A program made the position numbers and the translations under genes. A stretch of 33,209 nt of DNA, taken from positions 1 to 33,209 of the forward strand of contig DATDXK010000129.1 of assembly GCA_035289345.1 (NCBI GenBank). The letters are read 5' to 3'. Below the pieces are notes generated by a model. It was not told the origin of the DNA. It searched no databases and worked only from the letters and a program-made list of their open reading frames with translations. The stretch is from Candidatus Nanoarchaeia archaeon. GTDB lineage: Archaea > Nanobdellota > Nanobdellia > Woesearchaeales > GW2011-AR9. Shown one piece after another: positions 1-7,817 of the stretch. Numbering within the stretch: the stretch's first letter is position 1; every line of letters begins with the position of its first letter.

Positions 1-1
1 G

Positions 2-340
2 GGGATGGGCGTCTTAGTGGAAGGCAAGCCGGCTCAGGAAACATTGAAAGATATCGCTAGCGGATTATTTGATGAAAAAATAGCTTCAGGAAAAACAGAA
101 CTTTCTGCTGAAGAGAAGAAGCGCCTGGAAGAAGAAAGAAACCGCTTGCAGGCGGAGATGGAGAAGAGGCGTGCTGAATTTGAAGCTAAAGGTAAACAGA
201 TAGTTAAAGAACTGGAAGGAAAAGAAAAGAAATTTATCAGGAAGACCCTGATTGAAGCAGGCATCCCCTTGAAGATTGTTGATGAATTGGCTCCTTCAGA
301 GAAGGAATCTGCTGCGGCCGGGGGAACTGAAAAGAAATAG
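2..340 (+). CDS. 3' part of a gene entering from the left edge; Lys/Glu-rich coiled-coil-like C-terminus, family not recognised
   Basis: Frame open from nt 2 to TAG 338-340; charged stretch EEKKRLEEERNRLQAEMEKRRAEFEAKGK; followed by oligo-T tracts. Confidence 0.45.
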   Translation, partial: GMGVLVEGKPAQETLKDIASGLFDEKIASGKTELSAEEKKRLEEERNRLQAEMEKRRAEFEAKGKQIVKELEGKEKKFIRKTLIEAGIPLKIVDELAPSEKESAAAGGTEKK

Positions 341-353
341 ACTCCTATTTCTG

Positions 354-378
354 GTTTTGTTTTTTTAAATATTTTTTC
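354..378 (+). terminator. Oligo-T tracts downstream of the first gene (archaeal-type termination signal, tentative)
   Basis: ggttttgtttttttaaatattttttc within 40 nt of the stop codon. Confidence 0.3.
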
Positions 379-397
379 AAAGAGAAGGCTTCATCCA

Positions 398-419
398 AAA
401 ATAAGCAACGACTTATTTT
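398..419. repeat. 8-bp hairpin with CAACGA loop (family also at 9918-9943 and 10058-10079)
   Basis: aaaataag-caacga-cttatttt read directly. Confidence 0.6.
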
Positions 420-425
420 CCGTAT

Positions 426-451
426 AGAAATGTGATAGTTTTCACATTTCT
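426..451. repeat. 10-bp perfect hairpin
   Basis: agaaatgtga-tagttt-tcacatttct. Confidence 0.6.
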
Positions 452-499
452 GGTATGAATCCTGGCCTAAAAATTTAACTAATCAACGCAAAGATTCAT

Positions 500-528
500 A
501 GTTCGATAATTTATCGCGCTAGCTATAG
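500..528 (-). repeat. 29-nt intergenic repeat, inverted copy (other copies 9841-9869, 20164-20192), centred on palindrome cgataaattatcg
   Basis: Reverse complement ctatagctagcgcgataaattatcgaact differs at 2 positions from 9841-9869. Confidence 0.65.
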
Positions 529-770
529 CTCCGCATGCTCAGAAATAGCAATTTTTGGCACCACTCCTAGTGGCTTCAGTGCGTGAGCTAAGCCCTTTGG
601 CGCAAGAAAGCTGTTTCTGCACAGAAAGACCTAGTCTATCTTGCGTCACAATATGCGTGGTTAAGAAATAGTCTCATTTTATAGAATTTTTGAGTATGAC
701 GCAGGAACGAAGTGACGAGCAATATTTTACTTAATGGCACTAAAGTTCTAACCTAAACATACAAACTCTC

Positions 771-933
771 GGCTCTGTAGAAAGTCTCGCTGCGCTCGGT
801 GGCCATCAGGCTCAGCATTAGCTTCTTAAGGCTGATAACCGACCATCCCCGTAAGGGACATCCCCCTAGCCGGTGTAATTTTGCACCAGAAGATGCTTCG
901 CAAATTGATGGCCACTGCACTTTCTACAGAGCC
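771..933 (+). mobile_element. 163-bp MITE, copy A: 15-bp terminal inverted repeats, 9-bp target-site duplication
   Basis: GGCTCTGTAGAAAGT...ACTTTCTACAGAGCC; flanked by caaactctc at 762-770 and 934-942; second copy at 11211-11373 has 6 mismatches. Confidence 0.85.
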
Positions 934-948
934 CAAACTCTCACAATC

Positions 949-956
949 TTTATATA
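949..956 (+). promoter_or_regulatory. TATA box of srp54 (leaderless spacing)
   Basis: tttatata 23 nt upstream of ATG 979; same spacing recurs at other genes. Confidence 0.5.
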
Positions 957-978
957 AAATACTGTTATTTACCAGATT

Positions 979-2322
979 ATGGTTCTGGAAAAGCTAAGTG
1001 ATTCACTGAAAGAGACGTTCCATAAAATAACCAAAGCTATCTTTGTAGATGAAAAGCTGATCAACGAGCTTGTTAAAGACCTGCAGCGGGCCTTATTGCA
1101 GTCCGACACCAATGTCCAGCTGGTGTTTGACCTTTCCAAAAAAATCAAAGAGCGAGCTAAGGAGAATGCTCCGCCAGGCCTTACTAAGAAAGAGCAGTTG
1201 GTTAAGATCGTGTATGAAGAATTAACCTCTTTCCTGGGAAAAGAAAGTTCAGAGATTAAAATAAATAAAAAGCCCACGCAAATCCTGCTGGTAGGCTTGT
1301 TTGGCTCAGGAAAAACTACCACTGCCGGGAAACTGGCTAAGTTCTATAAGAAACGCGGCTTGAAAATAGCAGTTATGCAGACCGACACTTGGCGTCCGGC
1401 AGCTTACGAGCAGCTGGAACAATTAGCTAAATTAGCTGGAGTTGATTTTCTAGGAATCAAGGCCGAGAAAGATCCGCTAACCATTTACCTCTCTTTTGAA
1501 CATAAAATCAAGGATTATGATGTAGTGATTATTGATACCGCTGGAAGAGACGCCTTATCTGATGATTTAATTCTGGAGCTGAATAAGCTGCAGGCAGCAG
1601 TACAAGCCGATGAGCGTTTGCTGGTGATTTCTGCGGATCTGGGGCAGGCAGCACAGCGGCAGGCGCAGGCTTTCCATGACACCTGTAAAATTACGGGAGT
1701 AATCATCACCAAGCTGGAAGGCACGGCTAAGGGAGGGGGAGCTTTGTCAGCTTGCGCTGTAACTAAGGCGCCAATAACATTTATCGGTGTGGGTGAGAAA
1801 ATCGAGGATTTAGAATTGTTCCATCCGCAGCGGTTCGTGGGACGACTTATTGGCTGGGGGGATTTGGAATCCTTGCTGGAAAAAGCTAGAGAAGTCATCC
1901 AGGAGGAAGATGCCAAGGAGTTGCAGGAGAAGTTTCTGAAAGGTGAATTTAACCTGCTGGATTTATACCAGCAGATGAAATCATTAAAAAAAATGGGCTC
2001 ATTCCAGAAAATCATGGAGCTTATTCCAGGCATGGGGCAGTTAAAGCTGCCTAAAGAGATGTTAGAGGTGCAGGAAGAAAAATTGGAAAAGTGGCGTTAT
2101 GCCTTGGATAGCATGACTAAAGAGGAATTAGAGCAGCCGGAACTTATTTCTGCCGAAAGGATTGACCGGATAGCTGCCGGTTCAGGAGTTAAGGTCAGTG
2201 AAATCAGAGAGCTGATTAAGCAGCATCGGCAAAGCAAGAAAGTAATGAAGATGTTTAAGGGAGAAGGCGACATCAATAAAGTAATGAAGAAGTTTCAGGG
2301 AAGACTGCCGAAAGGATTGTAG
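979..2322 (+). CDS. srp54: Signal recognition particle protein SRP54
   Basis: 447 aa; N domain, G domain GLFGSGKTTTAGKLA, DTWRPAAYEQL, DTAGR, TKLEGTAKGG; Met-rich M domain LKKMGSFQKIMELIPGMG. Confidence 0.92.
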   Translation: MVLEKLSDSLKETFHKITKAIFVDEKLINELVKDLQRALLQSDTNVQLVFDLSKKIKERAKENAPPGLTKKEQLVKIVYEELTSFLGKESSEIKINKKPTQILLVGLFGSGKTTTAGKLAKFYKKRGLKIAVMQTDTWRPAAYEQLEQLAKLAGVDFLGIKAEKDPLTIYLSFEHKIKDYDVVIIDTAGRDALSDDLILELNKLQAAVQADERLLVISADLGQAAQRQAQAFHDTCKITGVIITKLEGTAKGGGALSACAVTKAPITFIGVGEKIEDLELFHPQRFVGRLIGWGDLESLLEKAREVIQEEDAKELQEKFLKGEFNLLDLYQQMKSLKKMGSFQKIMELIPGMGQLKLPKEMLEVQEEKLEKWRYALDSMTKEELEQPELISAERIDRIAAGSGVKVSEIRELIKQHRQSKKVMKMFKGEGDINKVMKKFQGRLPKGL

Positions 2323-2332
2323 CCATGCCAAT

Positions 2333-2369
2333 GTTTTTTCTACGAATCTTGCAAGTTTTTCTACGAATC
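2333..2369. terminator. Two 15-nt direct repeats carrying oligo-T tracts between convergent genes (tentative terminator region)
   Basis: gttttttctacgaatc / gtttttctacgaatc, 21-nt period, directly after the srp54 stop. Confidence 0.3.
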
Positions 2370-2696
2370 CTACAATCTGAAAAGATAACTGATAACCGCA
2401 ACAGCTATCGTTAACGTAACTAGTAAGTAATCAAGGTTATGGCTCTGCCGGTCGCTAATTTTCCAGTTAAATACCTTATGAACGGCAAATTGCAGGAAGT
2501 GCTTTTTTTCTGGCAATCCCTGCAGCTTTTTTTGCGCTTTGGACAGCAGGCAGTCTTTGAACAGCAGAAACTGCAAGCGATGCGCAAAAACTATTCCTAA
2601 AACCAACGGCAGCGGAAAAATTAAGCCCATCAGCAAGCCTAGGACAATAATTAAGATATGCAGCCAGAACAGCGTTTCCAGGAATTGTTTATTCAT
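2370..2696 (-). CDS. Small integral membrane protein (possibly DUF2784-like)
   Basis: 108 aa, three hydrophobic segments; KDCLLSKAQKKL resembles the CPLT-type loop of DUF2784, weak. Confidence 0.45.
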   Translation of the reverse strand: MNKQFLETLFWLHILIIVLGLLMGLIFPLPLVLGIVFAHRLQFLLFKDCLLSKAQKKLQGLPEKKHFLQFAVHKVFNWKISDRQSHNLDYLLVTLTIAVAVISYLFRL

Positions 2697-2761
2697 TTGC
2701 TTCTAGGAGTTGTTTATTCATTTTTTAGCTTAACTGAGCTTCTTATTTCTAGCATGAAGCC

Positions 2762-3265
2762 TTATTTTAACAAGGCATAAGTAAACAGCACCTTAAATTT
2801 CTTGCAGTAAATAACTGCCGATTTATATTTTTGCAATTCCCGGATATTTTTTCTGATAACATAAGACTGGCCGCCAGCTGTTCCCTTCAGCAGCCCTAAG
2901 TTGTAAATTTTTCCCAAGCTGTCCCTTACTGCGGTTTTAGTGGACAGGTAAACGTACAAATCAGGCCCGGGCTGAATCTTGACTTCCGGCTCAAACAACA
3001 ATAAGCTTTCAGCTTTATGGCCGGTTAATTTATTGGGCAGCAGATAGACCGTGCCAGCTCCCTTGTGCAGCAGGTTTAGCTTAACAAACCGGCCGGCTCT
3101 TCCTCCCTGCCGCCTAAATCGGCCGGGATGACCTTTAATCCACTGCAGCAATTTCTGTTCAGCTTTACCTAATACTACTTTATGGCCCAGAAAAATTTCC
3201 TTAAGGGATTTCTGCTTCAGCAGCCTAAACAATTCCCTGAAGCTCCTTATGGAAAAGTTCACCAT
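2762..3265 (-). CDS. DM13 domain protein (no N-terminal anchor)
   Basis: HKGAGTVYLL...IQPGPDLYVYLS...LGLLKGTAGGQSYVI...YKSAVIYCKKFKVLFTYALL matches the DM13 pattern (GPDL.VYLS, WC..F.V.F..A.L); paralogue of 3532-4041. Confidence 0.6.
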   Translation of the reverse strand: MVNFSIRSFRELFRLLKQKSLKEIFLGHKVVLGKAEQKLLQWIKGHPGRFRRQGGRAGRFVKLNLLHKGAGTVYLLPNKLTGHKAESLLLFEPEVKIQPGPDLYVYLSTKTAVRDSLGKIYNLGLLKGTAGGQSYVIRKNIRELQKYKSAVIYCKKFKVLFTYALLK

Positions 3266-3372
3266 CTTTTCAACCGCTCTTTTTTTAACAAATAATCTTT
3301 TAGCTGTATGTTAATAACTTATCTTTGACCTCTTAGCTTTTTTATAGTCGATACTTCTATATATTTCTTCCG

Positions 3373-3458
3373 TTTTCATTTATAAAGAATAGCATTAGCA
3401 AAACAGTTAGAGAAATACAAGAAAATATCTCAAAATGCCTATTCTTTATAAATGAAAA
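3373..3458. repeat. 86-bp palindrome with 20-bp perfect arms between the two DM13 genes
   Basis: ttttcatttataaagaatag (3373-3392) / ctattctttataaatgaaaa (3439-3458); arms extend with one bulge. Confidence 0.75.
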
Positions 3459-3531
3459 TCTGTTGATCAAGAAATTCTTCGACGAGCTAAGGAAAAAATG
3501 TCAAACATGAGTTAATAATATTCAATTATTT

Positions 3532-4041
3532 TTAACGTAATTCAGCTACACTAAACAGTACCCCGAACGCCCGGCACCAGATTACTACGGAATGGTAATC
3601 TTGGTAATCTTCTGGCAGCGCATATTGCTGATTTCCTCTGCTGGATTTTAGCTTGCCTAGAGAAATAAATTCCCCTAAATCTTTAGTATTTTTAATGTCC
3701 TGGTTTTTAGACAAATAAACAAATAGGTCCGGCCCGGGAGTTACCTTGAAATTATCCAGCTGCAGCAGTGGCCCGGTTTTAGTCTCCAGAACCAAGGCCT
3801 GGCCGCTGCCCCTATGGACTAAATCAATCTCCGTAAAAGAGCCGCTTCTTTTTTCTACCGCCTGGCTAATAACCATAGCGGGAGAATCTGTTTCTGTTAG
3901 CATGGTTTGATCTACTACTTTCACTTTTGAGTCTTGAAAGACATTACTAAAAATAGTAAATCCAACTACGGCTAATACCACAAAAATAACAGCCTTAAAT
4001 AGTAATTTCACAATTGGTCTCATGATTAAAAGATAGACCAT
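3532..4041 (-). CDS. DM13 domain protein with N-terminal membrane anchor
   Basis: 169 aa; hydrophobic LLFKAVIFVVLAVVGFTIF; HRGSGQALVLE...VTPGPDLFVYLS...LGKLKSSRGNQQYALP...YHSVVIWCRAFGVLFSVAEL. Confidence 0.65.
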   Translation of the reverse strand: MVYLLIMRPIVKLLFKAVIFVVLAVVGFTIFSNVFQDSKVKVVDQTMLTETDSPAMVISQAVEKRSGSFTEIDLVHRGSGQALVLETKTGPLLQLDNFKVTPGPDLFVYLSKNQDIKNTKDLGEFISLGKLKSSRGNQQYALPEDYQDYHSVVIWCRAFGVLFSVAELR

Positions 4042-4060
4042 CGATTAATATAAATCTTTC

Positions 4061-4366
4061 TCAATTAAAATCCAAATCAAAAGGGTGGATCATTGTCGGC
4101 TGTCCAGGAATGTAAATCTTAGGGACATCCGCAACATAAACCGTGTTTAATCCACCAAAACAATCCCTAAAGCCGGCATAAATCTGGTCATCGACGGCAT
4201 ACAACTTGCGCAGAAATCTATCGTCTTTCTTGTTGATGTGGCTGATGACCTTGTTTCTGAGATCTTCTGACGGATCAAGCAAGGCCGCCAGCAATAAAGC
4301 CTTAAAAATAATTAAATTCTGGCCAGCGACCAAGTCCTCAAGTTTTATAACGGTGATTGTATCCAA
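4061..4366 (-). CDS. Hypothetical protein
   Basis: 101-aa ORF co-oriented with neighbours, 19 nt downstream gap; no motif recognised. Confidence 0.4.
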   Translation of the reverse strand: MDTITVIKLEDLVAGQNLIIFKALLLAALLDPSEDLRNKVISHINKKDDRFLRKLYAVDDQIYAGFRDCFGGLNTVYVADVPKIYIPGQPTMIHPFDLDFN

Positions 4367-4488
4367 ATAAGCTACTTAATCCCGGCGGATATTTTAAAAT
4401 AGGGGATATAAAGTATAGGCTGATTGGAATGGGCTTTTATTAGCAAAATTTATTGAGAAAATCCCGGCCATCATGCTATTAGTGAAAT

Positions 4489-5040
4489 TCATTTTGCGGC
4501 TCCAAGAACATTACTTTTAGAAATTATTCCTTTTAATTCGCCTTTCTCCATTACTAAAACCGTAGAAGAATCCCTTAACAATTCTAAAATGGTTCTTAAT
4601 CCTATCAATGGAGGAATTATGGGAGGAGCATCGATCATGATCTGGCCAGCCTTTATTAGGTTGATTTTTCCAGAAGAAGCAATAGTTTTTTCTAGGATAA
4701 CATTTTCTGTAATTAAGCCGCATACTTGTGCATTTTCAATTACCGGAATCTGAGAAATATTATGTTTTTTCATCAGTGTTATAACTAGTTCTAAACAATC
4801 ATTCTTATTGATAGTAATTACCTTTTTGGTCATGATTTCCTGGGCTTTAGTCTCTTGCTTGTTCTGGTGGCCTTCCAGAGTTTGAAACAAGTTCAAGGCC
4901 TTAGAATAGCTTGGCTCGACAATGCCGGCTTCAATTTTAGCGATTAAGCTCTGCGATACGCCCGATTGGTTAGAAAGTTCTTTCTGTGTCAAATCATATT
5001 TTTTTCGTAATTGCTTCAGGTCTGAAAGTAAATGGGCCAT
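4489..5040 (-). CDS. XRE-type HTH plus tandem CBS domain regulator
   Basis: N-terminal LTQKELSNQSGVSQSLIAKIEAG (HTH_3-like), followed by two CBS-like repeats (IMTKKVITI...ISQIPV; IMIDAPPII...VLVMEKGELKGIISKSNVL). Confidence 0.75.
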   Translation of the reverse strand: MAHLLSDLKQLRKKYDLTQKELSNQSGVSQSLIAKIEAGIVEPSYSKALNLFQTLEGHQNKQETKAQEIMTKKVITINKNDCLELVITLMKKHNISQIPVIENAQVCGLITENVILEKTIASSGKINLIKAGQIMIDAPPIIPPLIGLRTILELLRDSSTVLVMEKGELKGIISKSNVLGAAK

Positions 5041-5187
5041 GGCTAATGGGTAATTTGGATGAATTGATAAATATAACTAATAAATAGAATTAATAGACCC
5101 AATCTTAATAAATTTTACGTAAAAATATTCTTTTCTGAATTTTCTAGTCAGAACAATTTATGTAGTACCTTGGTGCTGATATTGGTT

Positions 5188-5505
5188 ATGGCAGTGGAAA
5201 CAATTGTGGGATTAACTGAAGCAGATAGGCGAACAAATCGGCGAAATTTGATTAGAGAATGCCTGCAAAATCCTCGAGTATCAGCCCGGCGGTGCAATGC
5301 CCCAACAGCTGCTGCACTGATTGACAACGCCATTTACTCTGTTGAAGAAGCTTTAAGGGAAACACCGCAAGATTTTTCTCTGAAAGCAGCTTATGAAGCC
5401 CTTCAAGTGGAATACCCTCAGCATTTTTATTCTATAAAGAATAATTTGAACGAGCGTGTGGCAGTAAACCTGCTTAACCAGGCGTTTCTAAATCATAAAA
5501 TATAA
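5188..5505 (+). CDS. Hypothetical protein
   Basis: ORF 5170-5505; ATG 5188 preferred because tttatgta (5157-5164) lies 24 nt upstream. Confidence 0.35.
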   Translation: MAVETIVGLTEADRRTNRRNLIRECLQNPRVSARRCNAPTAAALIDNAIYSVEEALRETPQDFSLKAAYEALQVEYPQHFYSIKNNLNERVAVNLLNQAFLNHKI

Positions 5506-5541
5506 CCAACAAAATATAACTGTATTAGGAGGCTGATAAAA

Positions 5542-6729
5542 ATGACAACCAAGACCGGAAATTTTTTATTTACCAGCGAGAGTGTAACGGCCGGGCATCC
5601 GGACAAGATCTGTGACCAGATCAGCGATGCCATTTTAGACGCAATCATAGAACTGGATCCGCGAGGGCGTGTAGCGATTGAGTGCTTAGCTAAAACTGGT
5701 TTTGTAGTGATTGCTGGTGAGGTTACCACCACGGCCCAGGTGGATGTCCAGGAAATTGCCCGAAAAACAATCACTGAAATTGGCTATGATAATACTGAAT
5801 TAGGATTAGATGGAAAGACCTGCGGCATTTTAACGGCCATTTCAAAACAGTCTCAAAATATTGCGCAAGGCGTTGATGAAGGAAAAGGACTGTATCAGGA
5901 GCAAGGCGCGGGAGACCAGGGATTAATGTTTGGCTATGCCACCAATGAAACGCCGGAATATATGCCCCTGCCGATTATTTTAGCGCACAAATTAACCAAG
6001 AGATTAGCTGACTTAAGAAAGTACAAAGAATTGCTTTATTTACGCCCTGATGGAAAATCACAAGTAACAGTTGAATACGGCCAAGGCAAGCCAAAACGAA
6101 TTGATACGGTAATTATTTCGGCCCAACATGCACCAGAAATTAATTATGAAGAATTAAAGAAAGATATCATCGAAAAAGTAATCAAGCCGGTATGTTATGG
6201 TTATCTTGATGAAAATAGTGTCTTCTTGGTTAATCCTACTGGCGAATTTATCCTTGGCGGGCCAGTGGCTGACGCTGGAGTTACTGGCAGAAAGATTATT
6301 GTTGACACTTACGGCGGGTTTTCTCGTCATGGCGGCGGGGCATTCAGCGGCAAAGACCCTTCCAAGGTAGATCGTTCAGCAGCTTACTATTGCCGTTACG
6401 TGGCTAAGAATATTGTAGCTGCCGGGCTGGCTGAACGCTGTGAAATTCAGGTGTCATATGCCATTGGAGTAGCTAAACCGGTGAGTATTTTGGTAGATAC
6501 TTTTGGAACCGGCATAATTTCTGAAGAAGAAATAATTTTTCTGATTAAAAAACATTTTGATTTTAGGCCCAAGGAAATTATCAGGCAACTAGGATTGTTG
6601 AAGCCAATCTATCGCCGCACTGCTGCTTACGGCCACTTTGGCAGAGATGAATTCAGCTGGGAAAAACTGGATAAGGTAAATGTTCTGACAACTGGTGCAG
6701 GGCTGTTGCCAGTGATAGAGAGGGCATAA
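5542..6729 (+). CDS. metK: S-adenosylmethionine synthetase, bacterial/eukaryotic MetK type
   Basis: [47 protein letters not shown]; aggagg at 5527-5532. Confidence 0.93.
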   Translation: MTTKTGNFLFTSESVTAGHPDKICDQISDAILDAIIELDPRGRVAIECLAKTGFVVIAGEVTTTAQVDVQEIARKTITEIGYDNTELGLDGKTCGILTAISKQSQNIAQGVDEGKGLYQEQGAGDQGLMFGYATNETPEYMPLPIILAHKLTKRLADLRKYKELLYLRPDGKSQVTVEYGQGKPKRIDTVIISAQHAPEINYEELKKDIIEKVIKPVCYGYLDENSVFLVNPTGEFILGGPVADAGVTGRKIIVDTYGGFSRHGGGAFSGKDPSKVDRSAAYYCRYVAKNIVAAGLAERCEIQVSYAIGVAKPVSILVDTFGTGIISEEEIIFLIKKHFDFRPKEIIRQLGLLKPIYRRTAAYGHFGRDEFSWEKLDKVNVLTTGAGLLPVIERA

Positions 6730-6788
6730 AGTTGTTTATCAGGTTTTGGGCTTTAGCATCAAGTAGATAGACTAGACCTAACAGTTCC

Positions 6789-6820
6789 TAGAGATGGCAG
6801 TTCATAGAGATGGCAGTTCA
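6789..6820 (+). repeat. Perfect 16-bp tandem duplication spanning the start codon of the next gene
   Basis: tagagatggcagttca x2 (6789-6804, 6805-6820). Confidence 0.9.
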
Positions 6821-7817
6821 ACCACGCTTAACCGGGATTTTCACTTTTAGAGAAGCTGATTTGCTGCAACAGCTAGATCTAAAATATAGGCGGATACCTT
6901 CAAGAGCACTCTCGGAAATATGTTATGAAGATACCTTAAAATTGATTAAATTACAGCAAGAAGAAGGGTTTAGAATTATTTCTGATGGGCAAAGATTATG
7001 GAAAGACCTGCTTCGGCCAGCCTATGCTGGAATGGACGGAATGGAAATCGGCAGAGTGACTCGCTGGTATGAAACCAATGGCTTCTGCCTGCCACCCCTA
7101 ATCATCGGAAAACCTTTAGCTGGTAATGCGGGCAATTTTAGCTTGGATGATTATTTCTTTAAAGAAAAAAGAGAGATTAAAGCCACAGAGGTTACATTGC
7201 CTGGGCCTTATACACTAGTAAGCTTGTGCCAAGAAGTAACGGAAGGGCAACAGGAAGAGCTATGGAATGCCTTTACAACCCAATTGCAGTTAATTGTCGC
7301 TTCATTGCCCTCGACCATAACCTTGGTAGAATTTTCTGAGCCCTCCTTAGCTTATGATGATAAAATTAAAAAAAATTCCAAACAGCAACGAGAGGAAATG
7401 GAGTGCAGTCCAGAAATGTTAAACAGAACCAAACAGGCCTATCAGCAGATTCAGCCGATAATATCATTATCTAATAGAACTTCTTTGCTGCAGCTGCCAC
7501 AGGCTGATTTTTTAAAATTTCACGAAATTGCTGAATTCCCCGTTGATGGTTTCGGCATTGATCTAACTCAAACCGATACCAATTCTTCCCAAATATCCTT
7601 GCCAGGAAAAATTTTATCGGCTGGGGCAGTGGACGCTTGGTCTTCTTTACCTGAAGATATCAACCATTTAGCCAAAAAAGTTGACCGGGCTGTCAGCCGA
7701 TGGCAGCCGAAAGACGTATATGTCACCAGCAATTCCCAATTGTATCAAACTATTTCTCATCAAGGGGCGATACGGAAATTGCGGGATATAGCCAAGCTAG
7801 CGCGGAAACTGTCATGA
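6810..7817 (+). CDS. MetE N-terminal-barrel-like protein (cobalamin-independent methionine synthase family, non-catalytic half)
   Basis: 335 aa, no His/Cys zinc ligand set; stop overlaps the start of the catalytic-half gene (ATGA at 7814-7817). Confidence 0.55.
   Translation: MAVQPRLTGIFTFREADLLQQLDLKYRRIPSRALSEICYEDTLKLIKLQQEEGFRIISDGQRLWKDLLRPAYAGMDGMEIGRVTRWYETNGFCLPPLIIGKPLAGNAGNFSLDDYFFKEKREIKATEVTLPGPYTLVSLCQEVTEGQQEELWNAFTTQLQLIVASLPSTITLVEFSEPSLAYDDKIKKNSKQQREEMECSPEMLNRTKQAYQQIQPIISLSNRTSLLQLPQADFLKFHEIAEFPVDGFGIDLTQTDTNSSQISLPGKILSAGAVDAWSSLPEDINHLAKKVDRAVSRWQPKDVYVTSNSQLYQTISHQGAIRKLRDIAKLARKLS

Noticed and set aside
341-770. Structured RNA gene (tRNA, SRP RNA, RNase P, C/D sRNA) in the long spacers 341-770 and 10310-10667
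   Set aside because: I found no T-loop GGTTCRA with a matching acceptor stem, no SRP helix-8 motif and no C (RUGAUGA) plus D (CUGA) box pair. The hairpins present belong to the repeat families.
771-933. Self-cleaving ribozyme (hammerhead-like) inside the 163-bp element
   Set aside because: Only a partial CUGAUGG-like string occurs on the reverse strand. No complete conserved core (CUGANGA...GAAA) flanked by the required helices could be assembled.
7700-7813. N-terminal 38-codon extension of the metE catalytic ORF
   Set aside because: It overlaps the end of the upstream gene in another frame. The ATGA stop/start overlap at 7814-7817 gives a start (MIFPLFEVGSLPK) typical for this family.
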